From IMG/VR virus record IMGVR_UViG_3300034284_001491, positions 20,462 through 84,461 of that record: 64,000 bases of DNA, one strand, 5' to 3'. A program made the position numbers and the translations under genes. Every line of letters starts with the position of its first letter. Position 1 is the stretch's first letter. Shown here in pieces: positions 10,693-20,100 of this stretch. The notes below the pieces were generated by a model that saw only the letters and a list, made by a program, of their open reading frames with translations, searched no databases and was not told the origin of the DNA. Source of the stretch: a virus.

Positions 10693-12213
10693 ATGAGCAC
10701 AAATACTTGTAATCACGATCAACCATGTGGTTGTAATAACGATGAACTAACAACATTACCAGATCCATGTGATACTACAGATTGTTCAGGTGAAGAATGT
10801 GAACAAATAATTAATTGTAATTGTGTTAGATATGATGGTGCACCTATCCCTCAAATTGGTGCTGAACCAGGAGATTCACTCTGTGACATAATTGTTGGAT
10901 TAGTTAATTTAGGAGGAGTACCTGGAGAAAGAGGAGATGATGGTGAGGTGGGTCCTCAAGGCCCTATAGGACCTGCCGGACCTCAAGGACCTATTGGACC
11001 AACTGGTCCACAGGGACCAATTGGCTTAACTGGATCGCAGGGTCCACAAGGTGAACAAGGAGAACAGGGAGAACAGGGTGTTAGAGGTAGAGCTGGTTTA
11101 GCTGGCTATTTACCTCAAGTTGATACTGGTTGGGTAGATTTGTTAGGATTTGATTTTTTAGGAACAACCTATGGTTGGAAATCTGGTATGCCAAAACCAC
11201 AAGTTAGAAGAATTGGAAGAACATTATATTTTAATGGAAATGTTTGGATTCCATTAGCTACAGATTCTACAGGTAATACAATAGCAACTCCAGATAATAA
11301 TGGAAATATTAATACAGTAAATTCTGAAGGTTATTTATATAATAAATCAGGAAGAACATATGAAGGAACTACTCCTGCTGGTTGTACAGTTACATCAGAT
11401 GGATTAATTAAACTCAATAACGGAAATACAGCAATACCTAGTAGTGTATTAAATGGTGCAACACTTGATAATGCATATACTACAAAAATAATTGGAAGAA
11501 GAAGAATTGGGTTATGGAATCTTGCTCTTACTACTAAATCAACAAGTGAAAATGCGATATTAAATACATATTTTAATGTAGTATTATCAAATACTGGAGT
11601 TTTACAGGTAATCACTGAAAGAGATGTTGAAAGTTTAACTACACTTCCAACTGAAAGTGGAAGTAATTCACTAAGATTTATTTGTTCAAGTATCATAGCT
11701 GGACAACGAGCATATGAATATAATAAAGGAAGTGTAACTTTAAATAGTAGTAATAGTGGTTCTATTTCTGACGTACCTCTTCCTGGTTTTGAATTATCTT
11801 CAGGTGCATACGGTTTTACTTCCGATTCAACTAATCCAGATGATGTAGGAGGATTTTATTTTCCTCTTAATGGACTAGTTGCACAATTAAGTCCTGTTGG
11901 AACCGCAACTATTTCAACTACTCCTTCACTTGTATCAAAAACAGATACTACAATAACTATGAATTGTGGAAATATTACAACATTAGCTAATGGAACTGCA
12001 TTTTATAAAGGTTTATGTTGGGCAGAAGGAACAATAATTACTCCTACAGTTAATGAGGATTATATATTATCTACAGCAACAGGATTTTCTATTGGCAATT
12101 TGACTGCAAATGGTCTTAAAGCAAATACATCATATAGATTTAAAGCATTTGTAGTTACAGAATCTGGAGTTCATTATTCAGGAATATCAATAACAATAAC
12201 AACCAATCCATAA
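10693..12213 (+). CDS. Collagen-repeat fibre protein with Cys-rich N-terminus and FN3-like C-terminus
   Basis: 22 G-X-Y triplets, 'CVRYDG' motif, '[13 protein letters not shown]' FN3 signature. Confidence 0.75.
   Translation: MSTNTCNHDQPCGCNNDELTTLPDPCDTTDCSGEECEQIINCNCVRYDGAPIPQIGAEPGDSLCDIIVGLVNLGGVPGERGDDGEVGPQGPIGPAGPQGPIGPTGPQGPIGLTGSQGPQGEQGEQGEQGVRGRAGLAGYLPQVDTGWVDLLGFDFLGTTYGWKSGMPKPQVRRIGRTLYFNGNVWIPLATDSTGNTIATPDNNGNINTVNSEGYLYNKSGRTYEGTTPAGCTVTSDGLIKLNNGNTAIPSSVLNGATLDNAYTTKIIGRRRIGLWNLALTTKSTSENAILNTYFNVVLSNTGVLQVITERDVESLTTLPTESGSNSLRFICSSIIAGQRAYEYNKGSVTLNSSNSGSISDVPLPGFELSSGAYGFTSDSTNPDDVGGFYFPLNGLVAQLSPVGTATISTTPSLVSKTDTTITMNCGNITTLANGTAFYKGLCWAEGTIITPTVNEDYILSTATGFSIGNLTANGLKANTSYRFKAFVVTESGVHYSGISITITTNP
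10915..11112 (+). repeat. Collagen-like (Gly-X-Y)22 coding repeat
   Basis: [24 protein letters not shown] ... [21 protein letters not shown]. Confidence 0.9.
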
Positions 12214-12223
12214 ATTTTAAATT

Positions 12224-13339
12224 ATGATTATAGATATTGACGTAAGTTGGACATTTGCAACACCACCTGCAACTACACCATATAGTGTAGATATATATTA
12301 TAGAAAAGTGGGTACTACAACATATAATACACAAACTATTACAAATGGTGAAAGTGGTTCTGCAACAATAAATGTTTGGAATAGTACAGAAGATACTATA
12401 TCAGATAGATCTGAACCATGTTCATGGGAATATGAAGGATATGTTGTCCCAACATGTGCAGCAAATGCTGTAGAACAAAGATTTTCATTTACTACAGATG
12501 CTCCACTTGATTTAACAGATTATATGCAATGTAGAGGAATTCAAGCTGAATGTACTGCAGGTGGTATTATTGCAATTATTCCTGATAGAACTGTTCTATT
12601 TGGTACTGATTTATCTATTACCCCTACTATTGATTTAGGTTCATTTACAGGTTCTGGAAATTCTTCACTCTTACCTGGAATTCAAGTAACCTTTATAAAT
12701 CCTTCTAACCCAATGTCTGGAATAGATTATATTCTATTAACAGGTGTTGATTTTTCTGCTGGATTTGATTCTACAACTTCTTTTGATATTACTGGATTTG
12801 AAGATGATAAACTTACTCCAGTAACAATGACACCAACTATTGTTACTGCATGCGGATCTCTTGATCCTCTTAATAGTATGTGTTATAGTGGAACTCCTAC
12901 ATATATACCTTTTGCAACCACTGATAATGGTGTAATTAATACATGTACAAATAATGAAACTATAACAGATTATAATTCAGTATTTGATAATACATTAGAA
13001 GCATCTATTGGTACAGTAAATATTACAGAAGATTATACATGTTGTCAGGCTTCAGAATGTAAAGTATATTATATACAAAATGTTGGAGTAGCATCAATGC
13101 CCTATATAACTAGTGTTAATCTAGGATATATAAGTGCGGTAACTGGAGAAGTTACTTATACCCCTAATATAAATGTTGGAAATAGTATAACCGTATTTGC
13201 TATTGAAGGCACAATTAAACCATATGCTACTGATATTTCAGCATTACCACCAATTCTTGGTGAAAATGTATTATACTCAATGGGAGCATTTTATATTTTA
13301 GGAGGTATTAATATTGTAGAAGCAGGATCTTGTGGATAA
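12224..13339 (+). CDS. Acidic Thr/Cys-rich surface structural protein
   Basis: 371 aa, Ig/FN3-like N-terminus; last gene of the fibre operon before a terminator. Confidence 0.55.
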   Translation: MIIDIDVSWTFATPPATTPYSVDIYYRKVGTTTYNTQTITNGESGSATINVWNSTEDTISDRSEPCSWEYEGYVVPTCAANAVEQRFSFTTDAPLDLTDYMQCRGIQAECTAGGIIAIIPDRTVLFGTDLSITPTIDLGSFTGSGNSSLLPGIQVTFINPSNPMSGIDYILLTGVDFSAGFDSTTSFDITGFEDDKLTPVTMTPTIVTACGSLDPLNSMCYSGTPTYIPFATTDNGVINTCTNNETITDYNSVFDNTLEASIGTVNITEDYTCCQASECKVYYIQNVGVASMPYITSVNLGYISAVTGEVTYTPNINVGNSITVFAIEGTIKPYATDISALPPILGENVLYSMGAFYILGGINIVEAGSCG

Positions 13340-13382
13340 TAAATATATATATATATGTTACGTTTTGTTGGTTTTTCGTAAC

Positions 13383-13416
13383 AAAGAATCCCCGGTTTTC
13401 CGGGGTTTTCTTTTTT
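13383..13416 (+). terminator. Rho-independent terminator
   Basis: aaagaat-ccccgg-tttt-ccgggg-ttttctttttt. Confidence 0.85.
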
Positions 13417-13427
13417 AATAAAAATCC

Positions 13428-13435
13428 TATATTTG
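13428..13435 (+). promoter_or_regulatory. Putative Bacteroidota -7 promoter element (TAnnTTTG)
   Basis: tatatttg just after the terminator and about 20 nt upstream of ATG 13455. Confidence 0.5.
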
Positions 13436-13454
13436 TTTAACCAAATATTTAAAA

Positions 13455-14633
13455 ATGAAAAATTTAGAACAAAATCTTTTAAAAATGATGAGATGGAAGA
13501 AATCAAATGCTTACATCGCTAAAAAATTAAATGTCACTGAATCTGAATTAAAAAAAATTATGAGTGACTTTAAACTTAAAAGAAAAACATCTGAAGGAGT
13601 TATTGAATCTAAAGTTGATCTAGATAAAAATCAAACAGAATTAAAAGGTATATCATATGATGAACCTAAAACTCCAGAAGAAATAATAAAATTATTAAAG
13701 ATAGATACATCAAAGTGGAAACTATCTTCTTATTGGAATAAACAACAATCTGATCATTGGGTAATATCTGCTCTAGTTACACAGAAGACACTTAGTAAAG
13801 AAGAAATCTTAACTGAGTGTCTTTCTAGTTTTAATCCAGAATATACTCCATTAAAAAAATCAGATATTCATATAAATGATTCTAAGGAAGAAGTGTGTGC
13901 AGTAATATCATTACAAGATTTACATTTTGGAAAAACTGGTAATGAAGATGTTAAACATAGAATAAAATCTGTACTTAATAATTTATGTTCAACTCTCTAC
14001 ACTAATTATAAAGTAGATAAGATAATATATGTATTAGGAGGAGATCTATTAAATACAGATACATTTAATGGAACTACAACTTCAGGAACTGTTGTTGATT
14101 CATCTTATACAGCAGTTAAGATGTATGAAGAAGCATTTAATACAATGTATTTTACTATACATACTTTAAAACAATTCTGTGATATTCTCCATGTGGTATA
14201 TATACCAGGTAATCATGATAGACTTAGTTCATTTCATTTAGCTCATGCATTAGAGAATTCTATTAGAGATGAAAAGATAGATTGGGATTGTCAATATTCA
14301 GAAAGAAAAGTGGCAACATATGGTATTAATATGTTTGGTGTAGAGCATGGTGATGTAAAAATAAATCCATTGATATATGCTACAGAGTTTCCAGAAATAT
14401 GGGGTCTCACTAAAAATAGAGTGATATATACAGGACACTATCATATTAAGAAGACAACAACATATATTACAGAAAACGAAATACATGGTGTTAGTGTAAA
14501 AGTAATTCCATCATTATCTAATGTAGATTATTGGCATTATCACAATAAATATACAGGTGCTAAGAAAACAGCAGTGATGGATATTTATAGTGCTACAGAA
14601 GGAAAGATTGCAGAATACACAGTTTCATTTTAA
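13455..14633 (+). CDS. Calcineurin-like metallophosphoesterase with N-terminal HTH-like region
   Basis: All five motifs present: DLH, GDLLNTD, GNHD, HGD, GHYH. The N-terminal 'IAKKLNVTESEL' is HTH-like. Confidence 0.85.
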   Translation: MKNLEQNLLKMMRWKKSNAYIAKKLNVTESELKKIMSDFKLKRKTSEGVIESKVDLDKNQTELKGISYDEPKTPEEIIKLLKIDTSKWKLSSYWNKQQSDHWVISALVTQKTLSKEEILTECLSSFNPEYTPLKKSDIHINDSKEEVCAVISLQDLHFGKTGNEDVKHRIKSVLNNLCSTLYTNYKVDKIIYVLGGDLLNTDTFNGTTTSGTVVDSSYTAVKMYEEAFNTMYFTIHTLKQFCDILHVVYIPGNHDRLSSFHLAHALENSIRDEKIDWDCQYSERKVATYGINMFGVEHGDVKINPLIYATEFPEIWGLTKNRVIYTGHYHIKKTTTYITENEIHGVSVKVIPSLSNVDYWHYHNKYTGAKKTAVMDIYSATEGKIAEYTVSF

Positions 14634-14661
14634 AATATCCCTGTTTTTTAGTACATTATAT

Positions 14662-15243
14662 ATGAGATATTATAGCAAACCGGATCTTAATGCTCCTAGA
14701 TATAGACATAAAAGATATAACATAATCAATGATGATTTTTTTAAAAGATTATATGAAAAATATCCTAGAGCAAAAAAATATAAAACAAAAGAAATAAGAA
14801 AAATTATAGGAGATTTAAATGAAAAGATGTGGAACCTAGTAATAGATATAAGAGATGGTGTAGAACTACCGAATAATCTCGGATGGATATTTATTGGTTC
14901 ATGTCAAAGACCTACTAAGTATAATAAAGACTTTAACAAATCAAACTCCTATAATGCAGATATAAGACATAGAAATTATGAAAGTGATGAAAAACTAGCT
15001 AAAATATTTTACAGCAATTATGCTAAAAAATATCTATTTAAAAATAGAGATCTATGGGCTTTTACAGCTCATAGAAATTTTTCTAGAACTACATCAAAGA
15101 AATTTAAAGATAACTGGAATAGATACATACAAATAGATAAAACAAAACATATTACTGCAATAATGAAAAAAGAAAAATATAAAGAGTTAATTGCTAAGAG
15201 TAGTATTATTCCTGATGATTATAATGAATTTAAACTAGATTAA
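14662..15243 (+). CDS. IHF/HU-like DNA-binding protein (start revised to ATG 14662)
   Basis: Basic protein; 'DGVELPNNLGWIFI' resembles the HU/IHF beta-arm entry. crAss-like phages encode IHF-like genes just before the tail genes. ATG 14662 avoids the overlap and follows the promoter-like motif. Confidence 0.6.
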   Translation: MRYYSKPDLNAPRYRHKRYNIINDDFFKRLYEKYPRAKKYKTKEIRKIIGDLNEKMWNLVIDIRDGVELPNNLGWIFIGSCQRPTKYNKDFNKSNSYNADIRHRNYESDEKLAKIFYSNYAKKYLFKNRDLWAFTAHRNFSRTTSKKFKDNWNRYIQIDKTKHITAIMKKEKYKELIAKSSIIPDDYNEFKLD

Positions 15244-15244
15244 A

Positions 15245-15919
15245 ATGACAACAATAGGTGATATTGTATCTAGACTAAGAGGTGTATTTAAAGCTAACAC
15301 TGAAGATGCTTTTATAACAGATCGTTTATTCTACAGTGTTGTTTTAAAATATGCCCATCTATATATAAAAAGAGATAAGCAAATAGATAAACTATTAGCT
15401 TTTAGCTCAATGGTTCAAACTATTCCTTGTTTAGAATTAATTGAAGTGGATAAAGTAAGTGATAGATGTTGTGCTGGAATTAAAAGTAATTGTAGAATAA
15501 TGAGGAGTAAAGAAAAAATTCCAGACATTATTGAATCAACAGTGGGGCCTTTATTTAGATCAGTGGCTAGTTTAGATAATTCAGTGGAGTTTACATTTAC
15601 AACAGCTACAACTTTTACATCTATAAGTAAGACTACAACATTTAAATATAACTCTACAAAGTATTATTGGTATGTAGATGGTTATCTATATTTTCCTAAT
15701 GTAGATTTTGATTTTGTGAAAGTAGAAGGATTGTTCCAAAATGATTTAGGATTAATCTCTTGTGATGAAAAAGAAAATTGTCTAATAAAACAAGAGAATA
15801 CAACATTTATTCCTGAGTATTTATTAGCAGAAATAGAAAATTCTGTTATAAAAGAACTCTCAATAAGATTACAAATACCAACAGATCAAGCAGATGACAA
15901 ACAAAATGTAAATAGATAA
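15245..15919 (+). CDS. Tail ring protein
   Basis: 224 aa; ring-protein-like pattern (YYWYVDGYLYF...FIPEYL); synteny. Confidence 0.55.
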   Translation: MTTIGDIVSRLRGVFKANTEDAFITDRLFYSVVLKYAHLYIKRDKQIDKLLAFSSMVQTIPCLELIEVDKVSDRCCAGIKSNCRIMRSKEKIPDIIESTVGPLFRSVASLDNSVEFTFTTATTFTSISKTTTFKYNSTKYYWYVDGYLYFPNVDFDFVKVEGLFQNDLGLISCDEKENCLIKQENTTFIPEYLLAEIENSVIKELSIRLQIPTDQADDKQNVNR

Positions 15920-16788
15920 TGAGCAGCTTATATAATTATACAATTAAGTATAGAACAATTGATGATTTGTTGGAAGACATTAATGTTGATTTAATGAATC
16001 CAGCAATGGATAAAACAATTGAACCTCAACAACTTATCAAAGTTGCCATTAGGGTAAATTATGACTTAGGTTTAAGAATTCAAGAAACAAGAGAAAGAGT
16101 GCTTGAGATTGAAAATGGTAAAACTAAGTTACCCACTAACTTTTACACTTTGAATTTTGCTGTATTATGTGGATCATATACAGTGACATCTCCAGTTATC
16201 CAAGGAACACAAGTGGAAGAAGTGTTAGTAGACCAAGGTAATTGTGGCACTGATCCAGATTGTTCTGCACCTTATACTTGTGTAAATGATTGTGGAGGTT
16301 ATGTACAACTAATTCAGAGATTTAAAACTGAAACTAGAACTTATAATACAGTGTTTCCATTACATCTTACTTCATCTAAAGAAGTGAGTTGTGATTGCCC
16401 TAATACTAAAGTATCCGTTCAAACAAATAGTGGATATATTAAAGATGGTTTTTTATATGTAAACTTTGATACAGGTAATGTATATATTAACTATCAAAGT
16501 ACAATGGAAGATGAAGAAGGTAATCTTCTAGTGGCAGATCATCCTATTCTAAATGAATACTATGAATATGCTTTAAAACAAAGAATTATTGAGAATAGAA
16601 TAATGATGGGAGATCAAACTTCTGTACCTCAATTACAATTAGTGGAGCAGAGATTAAGAGCTGCAAGAAATAATGCATTATCATTAGTGAATACTCCAAA
16701 CTTTGCTGAATTAAAAAAGATTTGGGAAATGAATAGAGGAGCGATGTATAATAGATATTACGATATGTTTAAATCATATAAACCATGA
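15919..16788 (+). CDS. Tail tubular/ring protein (crAss tail tubular protein-like)
   Basis: 289 aa; 'YIKDGFLYVNFDTGNVYINY...DEEGNLLV' pattern; lies upstream of the muzzle gene. Confidence 0.65.
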   Translation: MSSLYNYTIKYRTIDDLLEDINVDLMNPAMDKTIEPQQLIKVAIRVNYDLGLRIQETRERVLEIENGKTKLPTNFYTLNFAVLCGSYTVTSPVIQGTQVEEVLVDQGNCGTDPDCSAPYTCVNDCGGYVQLIQRFKTETRTYNTVFPLHLTSSKEVSCDCPNTKVSVQTNSGYIKDGFLYVNFDTGNVYINYQSTMEDEEGNLLVADHPILNEYYEYALKQRIIENRIMMGDQTSVPQLQLVEQRLRAARNNALSLVNTPNFAELKKIWEMNRGAMYNRYYDMFKSYKP

Positions 16789-17147
16789 GAGTTTCAAAAC
16801 TATTCAATATAGATATATATTCCTGTAAAGTTCAACTTATTGTAACTGATGATGTATATAATGAAGAAAGAGCATTATATGCAAAGAATGGTGAAGATCA
16901 TGAAGACTATGTTGCTTCAGATGGTATTACATTAAACTTTGAGAATGATATCTATTATGTAGTTTTTTCCACTAATTCTGTATCACATAACCTTATTGCT
17001 CACGAGTTATATCATTTAGTATGTTCTATATGTGATTATAGAAATATTGAAGAAGAAGAAAGTAGAGCATGGTTATGCGGATACCTTACAGAAATGTTTT
17101 ATAAATTCTTAGATAAGAAAAATATCACTATTAAACATGGCTTCTAA
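16785..17147 (+). CDS. Small zincin-like metallopeptidase (HExxH)
   Basis: LIAHELYH followed by EESRAW (third-ligand Glu); overlaps both neighbours. Confidence 0.65.
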   Translation: MRVSKLFNIDIYSCKVQLIVTDDVYNEERALYAKNGEDHEDYVASDGITLNFENDIYYVVFSTNSVSHNLIAHELYHLVCSICDYRNIEEEESRAWLCGYLTEMFYKFLDKKNITIKHGF

Positions 17148-20100
17148 AGATAAAAATACTGGACAAAATCTAAATATAGAATCGGCTGTATTTAATAAAG
17201 GAATGATGATGGACTTTGATGATCTCATTGTCCCAGAAGGTGTTTGGATTAGAGCCAGAAATGCAGTTAATAATTCCCAAAATGGGAACATAGGTGTTAT
17301 TGGAAATGAACCTTCTAATGTTGAATGTTTAACAGTAAACTATGACGTTATCGGTTTAATATATATTTCAGATGGTACATGGGTTATATTTTTAACTAAT
17401 GATATAGCATCTGAAATTGGTATATATAGAGAAGATGGTTGTTCTTATACAAGATTATATAAAGAACTATCAAATACTTGTTTAAATTTTAAAAGAACAA
17501 ATTTAATAACAGGGATATCAAGAGAAAAGGTTGATTGTACTCGACAAATATATTTTGCTGATGGTTTAAATCCAGATAGATCTTTTGCAATTAAACAAGA
17601 TTATTCTGGTATAGTAGATGATTATTATCAAGAAACCATAACTAATGTTCAAACTGGAGAAGATCCTGATGAAGATTGTGAAATTGTTCAATATAATTTT
17701 AATCAATTAGATTGTGATAAGATTCGTTTAAATCCTTTAATGAATCCACCATGTGTTAAATTAAAAAGAGCTACATATTCTGGTTCATTATTAAATGGAA
17801 CATATCAAGTATTTATTGCGTATACAATTGATGGTCAAAGAGTAACGGATTATATAGGAAAAAGTAATCCACAATCACTATATAAACATGAAAATGCTAA
17901 TTCTTCTTTAGAAGTTATTATTGAATCTATAGACGAAAGATTTGATGAATTTGAATTAGTGGTTGTAAGTTTTTATAATGGTCAGACCCAAGCTAAAAAA
18001 ATGGGTATATATAGTACTCAAGTTGGTAGTATATTTATAGATATTATAAGTAATGAATTATCTAATATTCCTACAGGATTATTACCATTAGTATCCACTA
18101 TTTATGAAAAATCAGAGGCTATTTATAAAAATAATAATTACGCATTAAGAGTTGCACCGACATCTAAATTTGATTTTAATTATCAACCTTTAGCTAATTT
18201 AATTGAAACCGAATGGTTTGCTGCTGCATACCCAGAAGATTATTATTATAAAGGAGGAAATAAAGCTACATATCTAAGAGATGAAATTTATTCATTTTTT
18301 ATAAGATGGGTATATGCTGATGGTCAAAAATCACCATCATTTCATATTCCTGGTAGAGCAAAAAATACATTTGATTCTCAAATTATTGGACCATTACAAT
18401 TAGCATTTTTAAATGATACTCCTGAAGAAATAGATAATCAAAGATGGAGATATGAAAATACTGCAACAAGAACTTCACCATCTCTTCCAAATCCTATTAA
18501 TTATATTACAGGTCTAGGAATTAATACAGATGATGGAGGTGTTATAGTAGCAAAAGGAAAAATGGGATATTGGGAATCTACAGAAGAATATCCTAATTAT
18601 AAACCTGATATTTGGAATTCAAGTGCACATAATTGGACAGGTGTAAATACACCAAGTCCAGAATATGATTTGTGTGGTCAAAGAATTAGACATCATAAAT
18701 TTCCTGATACAGATATTATTCCACATTTTGCATCTGAAAATGATACTATTGCACAACTACCACTACCTAATTTTAATAATGCAAATTGTAATGCTTCATA
18801 TGAAGTATTACCTAATACTATTTTAGGATTCACTAATTACTCAAATACAAAAATTATATTATTAGGTGTAAATTTTAATAATATTAAACCACCAGTTGAT
18901 AATAATGGAAATCTTATACCTGGTATCATTGGATATGAAATATTAAGAGGAAATAGATTAGGTAATAAAACTATACTTGCAAAAGGTGTTGTCACTAATT
19001 TACGAGAATATAATTTACCAGAATATATTGATTCTAATATTCAAAGTCAATATAAACAGAAAGGATTATTTTTAAATTATCCATTTAATGATTTAAGAAA
19101 AGATGAACTTTTATCTACAATTAAAGTTGATGGTGGTGTAAATAATTCTTGTCGTACTAATGATTATCCTTTACTTGGACAAGATTCATCAACATTATTT
19201 TCAAATAAATTTATAGGTTTTCATTCTCCAGAAACAACATTTTATAATTCATTCTTAGATATTGATGAAATTAAAATTACAGGAGAATTAAATGGAGTGG
19301 CAAATGGTAGATTTGTTGAAGTAAATAAACATCCTAAACATGCTTTACCTGCAGATATAGCATTTATATTATCATTATTCTTTGGATGGCTTACATCAAG
19401 AAATGCATTAGGATTAACTATACTTGGAATTGGTGGTGGTAATACACAATATTTAACTCAAGCAGGTTCAACACAAAGTGTAACTACAGATAATGATTTA
19501 TTATCTGCTCCAATTGCAGGTGCAATTTCTAAACCTATTCAAAGAATATATTATACAATTATGTTTTCTCAGAGTTATCTGGATGCAATTATTAGTATTA
19601 TGGCTGATAGACAGTATGCATTACAACATATAGCTCATTGTTACTATTCCAAGTATACACCTGGAATAAAGAAAACTAGAAAAATAAAAAATGCAAGTTA
19701 TATAGGATCAAATAGACAACAAGTATCAGAAAAATATATTATAAACAATATTTATAGAAATAGATTTCTTTGTATTGAAACAGAAAATAATTTTATTGAA
19801 AAACCTTTACTAACTGATACATCTAGATATTCAGTGGATAAGGTTCTAGGAATAAATGATATAAGTTATGAAGATCCAACTAATAAAACTGTTAGTACAA
19901 CATCATCATGTTTATATGCATCTTTAAAATTTAAATTAAGAAATATATATGGTCAATTAGATCAAATAAGACAATTACCAATATCTACTTGTATTCACAC
20001 TATTAATCAAAATAATAGAAATGCTGTAAATTCTACAAATTATACAATATTTGGAGGAGATAATTATATTGGTAGATACACTGAAAAAAATACTTTCTTT

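Noticed and set aside
13343-13356. (AT)n microsatellite
   Set aside because: Short, intergenic and expected in AT-rich DNA; no evidence of phase variation.
14590-14661. Track start of the IHF-like ORF at 14590
   Set aside because: It is a non-ATG start overlapping the upstream gene. ATG 14662 follows the promoter-like motif and is more plausible.
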